Source of the DNA: Styela clava
Lineage: Eukaryota
Length of the DNA stretch: 64,000 nt
Direction: 5' to 3'
Assembly: GCF_964204865.1 (NCBI RefSeq)
Contig: NC_135255.1
Coordinates: forward strand, 10,230,001 to 10,294,000
This document shows, piece by piece, positions 53,017 to 64,000 of the stretch. A program made the translations under genes and the position numbers. The notes beneath the pieces are model-generated. The model was not told the origin of the DNA. It saw only the letters and a program-made list of their open reading frames with translations, and did not search any database. Positions within the stretch are counted from its first letter, which is position 1. Every line of letters starts with the position of its first letter.

Positions 53017-56000
53017 TTAAGATGATGTAATGCTGTCATATTCAACGACGATGTCGTTATAATTAGCATATTCTCGCTTAAGATCTGATACCAGTTGTTT
53101 TCTTTCAACTTCATTCAAGAAGCAACTTCTAGCAGCGTTCAAGTTCTGAAATGAAAGAACACACATTATCTCATGCATTGGCTAATGCAAGAGTCCGCTA
53201 CCTTTTTCGTATTGTGGGCCGTTTTAAAATGAAAATTTTCACAAGTTTTTAAAAATATTTTTACCATACTTGCCAATACAACCGAACTCTAAAAAGATAG
53301 AGAATCGCATTCTTCGCTGTTGAACAATTTGTTTTTTTGATTGTATTTTATTACGTAGCTTGCATAATTTCATCACGTGAAGTTAAGAATCATGCGATCA
53401 ATCTTTTTTTCATATAACACCCCACACAAATTACGTTTAACGTTACAAAAATGTTCAAAAGCTTTTAAACTGGCAAAATATACAGCCCGGCAGCGACGCC
53501 CGGTGGTTTCTGACCACTAGGCTAATAGACAAGGATTTGATTGTCATCATTATGTTCATTTAAAGATTTATCAGCATAAACGTTTTGCGAGGGCGGTGGA
53601 AAGCGCTGACTTGACTGTGTTAGCATCGCAGACTACAAATCCACAGCATCGCCCAGGGTGTAATACGGTGGGTAGGAATGCCGTACCGGAAATAGTAGCC
53701 TGTTACATATCAGTGGCTACTGGGCCTTGTTCGAAGCAAAAGGCGCGAAATAGCGTCGTATAAAAAATTCGAAAATATCTTGTACAAACAGTGCCTATTG
53801 CGCAATATCACTCGTTTCGCTTTACTGCAAAATACGCTTCATAAGCATTCATTTTGTGGTGCATTTAACCACCACTCCGCCACTGTTTGCTCGAGTAAGC
53901 AAAAAACTATTTATAGTGCTTGATCATATAATGCGCGAACAAGGCTGATCTGGCTTAACAATATAATAATGATCATATTTATTAAAATACAAATATTACA
54001 ATATACAAAAGTTGAACATATGATATTCTTCACGGATACAATTTCATCACATCTGCGGTGTTTTTTGCGCAAACAGATCTTTCACCAACACTTAGTCATC
54101 TGCAATATGTGGTGTAACAACATACAATATTCCTGATGCAATTGGAATTTATTGCTGAAAGCAAGAATGACTCATGCTCGATAACGAAACAATGTTTTAC
54201 TCTCTTTGTAAATATGATAAAAGCAGCAAAGTACAATACAATAACAAGCAAGATGAAACTGTGAAATCAGCGATTTGTATATATTGTTTACTGAAACTGA
54301 CTATTTCTAATGCTAATTGCTGCACATCTTTGACGCCGTTCAAAGTCGTCGTTGTGAAGACCAAATAAACTTTCAGCTATTAATTTTATTATAGCTCTTA
54401 CCAATTTGAATAAATCCTGTGTCGTGAATCCCCACATAGTAGTTGCAATATCATAATCCCCGATCAAAGACGCCAAATGAACACCTGGGTCGTCCGAACT
54501 CAGCGAAAAATTAATGTTGTCTTCGTGAAATCTGAATCAAAGCATGCAGTGGTTTAAAAATTTTCAAAAGTGCAAAAATATTCTTATGAAGATGTGAAAA
54601 CAATCACCAAAGAAAGCTCATCTCCTAAATTGTTGAGCGAATTACGAAGGCAATCAATTTACTGTAGTTATGGCGCGCCCAGAAGTGTGTGTACAAATAT
54701 GGAGGTAACTAATTTTGTTCGCCTGCTTTACATCAAGTTGTGTAAAGGGACGGAAGCTTATGGGAATGGTACCACCATGGGAATGATATTCATTTGGCTA
54801 ACACAGACAGTCCCCGAACTCGTGATACAACTAAAGTAAGGAAAATCGGAATAAAATCATAGCCTAACCCTAACCTGGTTCACACTCTACGGGAGTACCG
54901 TACTTGGTTGATGGTTGTACACGTCGAGTAATAACATGGATGCTCTCATTGGGCAAAAATTGTGGTATTCGTTTGAACACAACTATATATAAATCATACT
55001 GTATTTGCTGATATTCACGTCATAACGCAAGTCACAAAGTGTTCTTTAGGGAATATATGTAATTCAACATTTTCAAAGCAAAAGATATCTCTTGTATCAT
55101 CTATACTAGAGCATGCTTTGAACGGGCGCTTCAAGTGAATTGGGTTTTATGAAGATCGGATTTAGTGGGGTTCTCTACCGAATCTTTTAATAATTTGATA
55201 AATTATGAGTGGTTAAAGCGTCATACTCAACTTTGAAGACAGAGTAAGTTCAAATCTGGGGTTCAAATCCGATATCCACCACCTCACCCACCCATAATAA
55301 ATATGAGAAGCAATGCTGAATCGGAGAGATCTCAGTTACTTCCGAGAAATTTTAAAAGCTTCCTACTGGGGCAGAGCCTTGTTCGCGTACAAAAATACAT
55401 AATGTTTTTTGCTCTTGTCGCTGCGTTGAATCGTTCGTCGTTTCGCACGGCGCCTTTCTTACTGTAAAGCTAATCGATAGAAAGCCTTGTCATTGAGAGA
55501 ATTTCAATTCGTTGTGTATACATGGAAAAACTAAATTTTTTGTGAGGTCCAGCCCCCTGATCTAGATAGAGTGTTATTTAAGTACACAACACACCTTCTT
55601 GCAGGATGTTTACTCCAGTCTTCAGGCGCACCTGTTGTAAAATGACTTGACATCGGGCAAACTTCGACATGTGTTCGATGTTGTTTTACAATCCCATAAC
55701 ATGCATCGTCCTCTAACATTCGGTATCCGTGTCCAATCCGTTCCGCGTGTAACTGTTCGATCGCCTGAAACAAAATTATCTCGTTATACTGTACGAGAAA
55801 AAAAAGTAAACAAAAACGAACACAAATTCGCGAGGTTATTCAAAACTATTCAAAAAAGTTTGTTTGAAGGTCTTGCATTCAATTTCTACGAATTTTATTA
55901 TGAAATGTTTTCAGACGTCCGCAATATAGCTGGCTTAATTTCAACTATAATATCATTGCATTCCGTGCATACGAATTCACTAACAGGAAGGCAGAGAGGA

Positions 56001-59000
56001 AAGTGGAGTAATTAGGTACAGGATCCCCAAACCAACCATATATCCCAAAGGGCCGTTGGATAATTGGGATGGCTATATCCGAATGACTTGGTATTATAGA
56101 ATATTATTTTAAAATCGATTTAGTTTATGACAATGGTGATAAATGATTAATATCACTGTAAAAATGAAATAATATACACGAGAGTATTCTTGAGCCAAAT
56201 GTATGCTGTTAATACTAATTATACTATGATCTCAGGTAGATCTGCTTTGCTACAGTGTTGGTTCAAAATCAATACTTTGATGAACGATGACTCACCTTTT
56301 TGACATGACCTGCAGGTCCAACCTCGCCAGCATGTGCTGTTCGATGTATTCCATTTATTCTACAAAACTGAAGATGTTAAAAGATTAGAGATGAAAATGG
56401 ACACTTTCATCGTAGTAACGTAGATATATTCAAGAGCTTAGACTTTTTACAAGTATCCGAAACGACTAAACAGAAGATATATAGAAAGTATGAACTTTGC
56501 ACTTTTCTTTAAACTGGAGAAGTCAATATATTGCCGTATATTTGGCAGAAAATGTATGTATATAAATAGGAAGGAGGCAATTTCTTATTCGGTCGACGTT
56601 TAAATGTGTTGAGAAATTTTTTTTTTGATATGTCGTATTTATACTCCTTTGCCTCAGAACAAGGCACAACGCAAGCGGTCACAGTCAAGTTGGAAAAGAC
56701 CGTATTTGTACTCGTAGGCATGGGTTTTGAACTCGTGATTTTAACCTGGGAATCTGGGATGCCATCATAATTTAGTCTAACGCTTTCATCTCTAGACCAT
56801 CATTTTACAAATTATGTTTTTCGTTCTGAAACTGTAAAATTTATTTTTTGTTTGAAATTTTGATGTGATTTGAGACCAAAACCCTAATCATTGCTACTTG
56901 GTTTCTGGTTGATATGAATAACCACAGAATATTACTTCAAATCCGCGTTGACAATGTAAGGGAAAATCTTCCGATCCTTCTGGGCCAGCAATATCGATAC
57001 CAACAACTCCATGTGATTCGTATTCCTGACATAGTTTCGCTGTTTCTTCTCCCCATTCTGAAATATATAAAGTTGTAGGTATAATGTATAAAGTAGTGAG
57101 GTATCACAATTGTTATAAATGTTGAACTGTTATAAAAACGTATAAAATTAAAAGAATCGTCACGTCATGCACGCATCAAACTCAATAATAAAAACATTTC
57201 CGAAATAAAACAAGAGTTCACTAAAGGTTAATTTTTATTTTAAGTAAACCAAGTCAGCAGCCACCAACAATGCAATGATCGATACATTTTAGCTACGAAT
57301 GAGAAGATTGCTCTGCTAAATTGTTGTCGTTTATGCTTTTGTTGTTGTTGCAAAAATAGCAAATTTCTTTTTAATTACCGAATAAATCACCTCACAATTT
57401 TGCCACTTAAAGATAAAAGTGTCTCAATTTCCCAGGAAGCCCATTTTTCCAAAAGTAAACCATACTATACATAACACAAAAACCTAGTTAACATGACGGT
57501 GTCTCAAAAACGTTATGACCCATTTGTCCCCTATTTAGTACACTTATCCCACTTTGCCACAATTGTACCACTTATGCCACACCTGTAACACTTGTTTCAC
57601 CTTTGTCCCATTAGGTATACATGATACTATATAATACTTTGGTAAAAGGGCTCTTATGAAGTGAGATTCTCGCTATTCGGAAAAGCGTGGGACAGCATTG
57701 AACGATACAACATTCCGATATCCACTCTTGCTTGAATAGCCTAATAATTAAGGCCTAATTTCTAAAGACGTCATTCGATCAATTATCCTGAACGAAATAA
57801 ATCACATTAAAACAAACAGTTACCGAACGGTGTAAGAGCACATAAAATAGTAGTAACTCTGATTCCGTATTCATTTTCACATTCTTTCACTGTCTTATTA
57901 ACAATGTCCATAACATCTTTAGGGCGCAGTCTTCCCCTGAAAAAATGTAGATTATCAGGGTGGCTAGGAACCAGTAACAGTGGCTACTTTTGATTTCATG
58001 TTAAAAATAAGTTGGAGAAAAATGCATAAGGTAAAATCAAACTATCCGCGAAGCGAGTAAGTAGGCTATGAGAATCGAAGGTATGTTAAATACTGAAGCT
58101 TGAGTATGTTTAAAGAAAAACGTAGCCAATCATCGGTTACTTGCATCACCCTGTAATTAGTCCGTCAATTCTTTGGCATACGTATATGTTAATAAGTGTT
58201 CATATACACCCGCAGTTCCCAAAAGGTGCGGTGCGGCATTTTTGAGGAAAATCAGGCATAGATGAGGAAGGAGAGTTGGCCTTTGCCTTTATTTCTTATG
58301 CCTTCATGTTTACGAAAAAGGGCATAAAATACACATTAACGATCACAAAATTGAGTTTTATTTGAAGGCAGCAATTTTTTCGGGCAAGTGCGCCGTATAT
58401 GGCGCCAATATACTTTGCCATAACGAGCTAATACTAATTAATCACTTGGCTGAAGAATAACTCGTCAATAATTTTAATTATATATATATGGCAAATATTT
58501 ACTAGTCTCGCCCATGCGACACCAAATGTGTTCATAAAAGCAAAATAAATATTCAGGTGTATTTAGGGATACCAACCTTTCGCAGGCGCGACAATAAGCT
58601 AGTTCTTAATAGCGCATTATTTGCCAACCGAGGGATTATAATTCAACCAAAGGTTATTTCAATATATTTACCTCTCTTCGGCATGCACCATGGGTTCAAC
58701 GTCACAATTAGCAAACAGATGTGGAGCGTATCTGAGTTCTAAATAAACCACACCGTCTGCGGCTTTATCCTCGATCGCTTCTCTCGTGATTCGAGCGATC
58801 CCGTCTTCGTCTCCACTGCATGGAATATGAATAAAAAGTCAATTGAATTTTAATGTAGCATTGTGTAATTTGAAATATTAACAATGAGGTTAAGTATTGT
58901 GGAGTGATTTCTAGAGAGGACAACTGTAGCATTCGCAATTCGTCGGCGAGTAAGGGATTAGTTAGCCGGTTATTTATTTCAGATTCATGGACTTGATAGT

Positions 59001-61648
59001 GGAGGAAGCCGTAACCGCCATGTAGCGGCGAGGAGTCCAGCAATCCTCTCGCACATAACTATTCCTGACGCTTAGAACGATGAGCCAATCGCCAATCGAA
59101 TAGTTTCCATCGCCATTCACCAATTAGTTTCTCTTGGTAATAGTAAAAGAACTGTCAAAATACATTAATCTTTCATTACGGGCGTGGTGTTGAGTTGACG
59201 AGTAAGTAGTACAAGCATATTTGTGTTATTGTGTACACTTGAAGTGAAACCACAATTTGCTAGTAATAAAACTGCCAAGCCTTCAATATTACATATTGAC
59301 ATTGTGCATGTGTAGCATACCGATATACACCAAGTACAAACGAATTAAAAATTTTAATTAAAAAACAATAACGTAGATGATTCTCTCCTAGAACAACCTA
59401 ACCTCTCAAATGATTGAACAGATAAAAATATATCTGTGGGTAGCAAGCATAATTTATGCTTAAAACTTGTAAGATTCTAGTATAATTGCAACATATTTTA
59501 TATGAGTCAATGTTAACACTACCTACAGCAGATGGCAACCCCAGCGAAGGATTAATATTTCACTGTAAAAAAGAATCGAGTATTTGAAGCCTATACAGAA
59601 AAGAAATTTTCCAGGATAGGGAATGCTGAACGGAAAAGATCGGTGGAGGTTCGTGCAGCTTCTTGTTCGAAGTAGAACTGAAAGACGTGAAAAAATGTCG
59701 TATGAAAATATTCACCCAACCGAACCTTGTTTCAATGGAATTTGAATAGTTGTTTGTATACCCTATGCAGATACGTCAAAATACGGCTACAATAGTTGGA
59801 AAAAATTGAATGAAAACTACTTACGCGTATGTTCGAGTTGCGTTATAAATCTTTTCCAAGTAATGTGGCAAAGAATTACATCTTGTTTGAGCTGTGATGA
59901 ATTTCTTCAATTCTGATTCATCTTTTTGTAGATATATGCCTCGTTTTCTATATGCAAAACAATTGAATTTATTATATACCAACCAACTCGATTTATTTCA
60001 CCCAATTTCCCTATAATTAAAATTACCCTAAAATGCTATGTATTTTTGTGAATGTTTAAAATTATACAAACCACATTGCGAAATCAATGACATGGATTCC
60101 ATTTTTCATGAATTTCGCGATTACATATGTACAAAGATTGATATTGTTAAATAGATATACTGTATGCTGGTTGAAGTCATTTTAAATTGAGTAATTAATG
60201 TTCAAAATATTCAAGTTGCCTATTGCCATCCATAAAGCATATCTATCTGATCAATCTTAAACAAACACATAACTAAGTGTATGTAAACCTACTTGCAATA
60301 CAAACTATGAATGATTTCATAAGTCACTTATCCAATGCATGGAATTTCTCATGTTGATATAGTTGGAACATATCTTTAAATAAATTTGTTTCGGGTAATT
60401 TTATTAATACACCTACTTACTTTGCCAATTCTGCAATAGTGGAAAATCGATAGCATCCATCAAGATGGCAATGTAGTTCGACCTGAAAAAATTAAGATCT
60501 ATGAGTTGAAAATTGGCAACGATGTTATTTCCGTATTATATCACATAATTCATGACACATTTATTCACGTTTCGTCTAAATATTGCGATGTACCAGAATT
60601 GTAACAAAGATTTATGTAACACGAGTTGAAACTCATTTCAAATTTAAAAATACTGGAGTGGGAATTGTTAACCCTTTAATCGTCGTCGGAAACTGCTACA
60701 ATTGCTCTACTGTAATATGATAAACTAAAAAATTCATTTTTTCATGAGTATGTGAATAAACTTTAAGTAAACCCTTCACCTAGAAGACAAATCAAAGGTT
60801 ATTGGTTAAATTTTCTAAAAATAACAGTCACCAGTAACGATTGATCAAATAGCCAAAATGTACTTTCCATCAGCTGGTATGACGCAATACAGTCACTGTG
60901 CCTGAGCGTTTCGATTCCGCGCATTTTTCTGCGGAAAGTTACGTAATTTTTTACAAAGATCTTAACAAAATTGACACCTGTGAACTTTGTACAAATCAAT
61001 TTTATTTGTAAGTACTCAAATGTGGGTGCTCCCGAAGTATGCGAACCAAGATGGCGGACATCGAAACGTAACATGGGTAACAGGTTAGGGTTAGGCCATA
61101 ATTTTTTTCGAATTTTCCTTATTTTAGTCCTATTATCATTTCGAAGACTAGCCAAGAGCCTCCCGTAGTATTTATACCTAAAATTATGGCCTAACCCTAA
61201 CCTAGTAGATATATTACATTCCGATGTCCGCCATCTTGGTTCGCATACTTCGGGAGCCCCCAAATGTGGAAAGGTATTGATTACTGATAACCCGAGTACA
61301 AATATTAATTCTTGACTGTCGTGAACTAGTGACTTTACTTTACGCAAAGTTATGGGAAACTCACTATGCCCTGTGACAGCATCGATAAATTTGGTTCTAG
61401 GAATCAACATAAAAAGGGGAAAGATACAAATCCAAGATTGCACAATTTCCACAAATGATGGCGGACAGTCACCGGATAAATATTACGCAACCCGTATGAA
61501 AAGGCTAAGCTACGTCGCATTATAACATTCCAAATCTAAACCAGCTTGAGTTAATGTTATTGAGAATGGATAATTAAATATTACTCACCTTTGGAAAGTT
61601 ATATTTATTTGAATGATCAACGTCTCGATCGCTTTCGTTTGGTGGCAT
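53017..61648 (-). CDS. ADA: Adenosine deaminase, about 10 exons
   Basis: NFPK|VELHCHLDG, GVVYLELRYAPHL, GVVGIDIAG, HRTAHAGE, AERIGHGY, VEVCPMSS, FSLSSDDP, NLNAARSCFL. All Zn ligands and the catalytic Glu are present. Confidence 0.96.
54672..54899. mobile_element. Merlin-like MITE family copy in an ADA intron
   Basis: Reverse-complement homologue of 2835-3047. Confidence 0.75.
57518..57612. repeat. Degenerate ~10-11-bp tandem repeat (CACTTGTCCC-like)
   Basis: Repeated CAYTTRTCCC / CACTTTGCCAC / CACTTATGCCAC units. Confidence 0.55.
61025..61260. mobile_element. Merlin-like MITE with long (~75 bp) TIRs
   Basis: GGTGCTCCCGAAGTATGCGAACCAAGATGGCGGACATC.../...GATGTCCGCCATCTTGGTTCGCATACTTCGGGAGCCCC with perfect 8-bp TSD CAAATGTG. 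Confidence 0.88.
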
Positions 61649-62916
61649 GTCGCCCGAATCAGGACTTCACGTCAAAAAAAAATACGTCATAAGTTAAATC
61701 AGCCTATATGATAGAATAATCTAAATTATTAAACCACTTAAAGCATGAACTGGTGTTTAGTACTAGGCCTACTACAGCATAATTGAACGACTGTATTTTT
61801 AAGCTTTCATAAATCTATTAGTTCCGAGACTGCCAGAACTCTTGCAATACTGTTGTACTATAATTCGGTTTATGATCTAGAAACCAAGTACTGAAGTACA
61901 CAAGTATATATTACCTTGACGCTTTACCTGAACAAATAGCAGGAGCTCCATATTGCCATACGCTAAGTCTGCCTACAAACTCGGTCTAAACGTCATTTCA
62001 GGAACCTCGATGATTGCGCTATGTTGTTGTGGACAAAATATTCTCTCGTATCCACCAGACCATAAAAAGGGGGCGTGGCGTCTTTTGTCACTGTACACCC
62101 CTCTCTTCTTTTCCCGTAAATAACAATGAACAAAATAATGTGAGATAATGGGCATCAGTCCTATTGCTTCCATGCCCGCTTGATTAAGTTTGTCGATGTG
62201 TTTGGTTGCATCTACGTAAAGTTGTTCAGGTTCCAAAATAATAGCTACCAATCGTTTTCAATCGTAGTTACTTTGAATTTAAAAGGTTTCAAATATATAA
62301 TAATTTTGAATTAAATTAAGAAGGTCATTATGTATGATGTAATTAAGGGTAATAAAACGCCTTTCAAAATGAGCCGACATTTGCATTGTGAAACTCGAAA
62401 CGTCGTGATAAGTGCAGTCTTTGGGAATTGTTGGTTTAGTTACCCTTGAGTGCACTATGAATATGCCTAGGTCGGGCCACAAACGCCCGATGACCGCTGC
62501 AATTGGTCAATAAATATCAGTGAATCGTGTTTATAATGTGGGTGGCTATGCGTCGTGGTGTTTAGTCAAATTGAATATATGAAACTTTTGGAAAGTTTAC
62601 CAAATGGAATAAAATCAAGGAGGTTTCAATTTTATGCACTGTAATAACAGCTCGAGAAGAAGACAGTTTAGCACGTGAATGTATACTTTATGTCTTTGCG
62701 GCAAATGTCTAAGTGTAAGCTTATGATATACGTCATGGCCTATTAAATATGTTCAGTGTAGTAGACATGAATATGAGCTAGAATAAAAATTTAAACAACC
62801 CTCAACGCTAATTGCATGAATTAAAAAGGTATACATGTATTAAGTCATATGGTGTTAGCTTTCGTCAAAGTCAAAGTATCGTTGATCTAATTATCTAAGT
62901 GGGCTACTTGGTGGAC

Positions 62917-63152
62917 ATGTCTGAGAACATGGAAAGATACAATTTTTCAAAAGTAAGTTTGGTTATATTACGAATTACGATACGGAAACTGGTGTTTTAA
63001 ACTGTTCATATGTTTCAGGTGGTGGACTAAGGCACGACATTTTTTATCATAATGATTTGGTAAGGTAATTGCCCAATTGTATTGTTGTAGGCTGAACTAC
63101 ATTGTCATCTGGATGGGTGCTTTCGGACTGGAACAATACTGGAATTAGCAAG
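62917..63152 (+). CDS. ADA: Second adenosine deaminase paralogue, exons 1-2 (62917-62952, 63091-63152); presumably continues beyond the window
   Basis: MSENMERYNFSK|AELHCHLDGCFRTGTILELAR, with the same intron positions as the minus-strand ADA (KYNFPK|VELHCHLDGCYRFSTIAELAK). Confidence 0.85.
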
Positions 63153-64000
63153 GTGCGCTCATTACTTGTTGCAGTTTTCTTTTCCCGACACAGCAAAAAT
63201 CAAGAGATTTTTGCAAATACGAATACTGTACCATATCTGTAGTCTACCAAATCTGTAATATAGGAATCTGAAAAATATAGTGTGATTTCTTTAGAGCGTT
63301 CCTGTATCTATTTCTTTTTTTGGTGAAAAATTACGCAAAAATAGACTATATTTGTCTGCCAGAACAAATTTGTGATCGAAAACATTTAAAATTATGAGAT
63401 AGGCGAAAGCCAAACCTGATAAAACACAAACCTAAAGCCAGTCTCGTATTTCGTCCCAATATATAACCATACCCAATCCCCTTGGCTGTAATTTACAACA
63501 CAAGACTTTCATATCATTTAGTTTAGCATATTACATTACAACTTCACAAGGTATTATATGCAGAAATCGCGGCATTAAACTACCAACGTACGATGAAAAG
63601 GAAATACAGCAATATATAAATGTGAAAAAAAGATGCTCGTTGAAGGAATGTTTGAGCCAATTTTTCAATTTCCTCCCAACTTTTGCGTGAGTATATAACG
63701 GGTACATATATCTGTCAAAAACTTGACTTATAACGTCGTTTAACTAGGAGTTTCGATAATATATTGTATATATATAATATAAAGTGTCATTTGGCTTTTT
63801 AGTTCTCTATTTTTCATTACAATAGTGCATATCTGTTATCCTCGTAAATAGAAGACTGAAATATCACTAAGAATATCAAATTCTTAAATAGTGTTGTATA
63901 AAATTTTCAAAATCAATGGTTTACTAGGCTATGATTAAATTCAAAAAATAAACACAATTTTATTACAGCTTATACTATCCTATGCATATACATTCTTTCT

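Noticed and set aside
59525-59680. Exon-like block in ADA intron 3
   Set aside because: It introduces an in-frame stop, and the flanking exons already join in frame (TYA|GDEDG).
60799-61452. Longest ORF in the track (217 aa, minus strand)
   Set aside because: It lies in an ADA intron and runs through the palindromic MITE. The same peptide GAPEVCEPRWRTS appears on the opposite strand, so it is an inverted-repeat artefact.
61973-62251. 92-aa ORF between the ADA paralogues
   Set aside because: It has a non-ATG start and no recognisable motif; more likely promoter or 5'UTR sequence.
1-64000. CRISPR arrays, prokaryotic operons or defence systems, rRNA/tRNA genes
   Set aside because: The sequence is eukaryotic with spliceosomal introns. 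I saw no regularly spaced repeat-spacer array or structural RNA gene other than the snoRNA.

Overview
This is AT-rich eukaryotic DNA with compact, intron-rich genes. It is from an invertebrate, most compatible with a tunicate/ascidian (inferred from gene compactness, operon-like layout and repeat types; not proven). The ORF track is mostly uninformative because the genes are spliced, so the gene models below were assembled by hand from GT/AG sites. In order: (1) a partial, near-identical tandem duplicate (1-1429) of an uncharacterised secreted-protein gene on the minus strand (4.5-8.6 kb); (2) a BTB-BACK-Kelch gene (-); (3) a cluster of hAT-type non-autonomous elements; (4) a ~19-exon orphan gene (+) whose introns all appear to be phase 0; (5) a small 3-exon prepropeptide-like gene (+); (6) intronless TM2D1 followed closely by COPB1, a possible trans-spliced operon, with a SNORD100-like C/D snoRNA in a COPB1 intron; (7) a Sulfotransfer_4-like P-loop gene (+); (8) a complete adenosine deaminase gene (-) and the first two exons of a head-to-head ADA paralogue (+). 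Merlin-like, Tc1/mariner and hAT MITEs and a tRNA-derived SINE are interspersed. The most novel candidates are the peptide precursor (27.3-28.4 kb) and the all-phase-0 modular orphan protein (20.6-25.6 kb).
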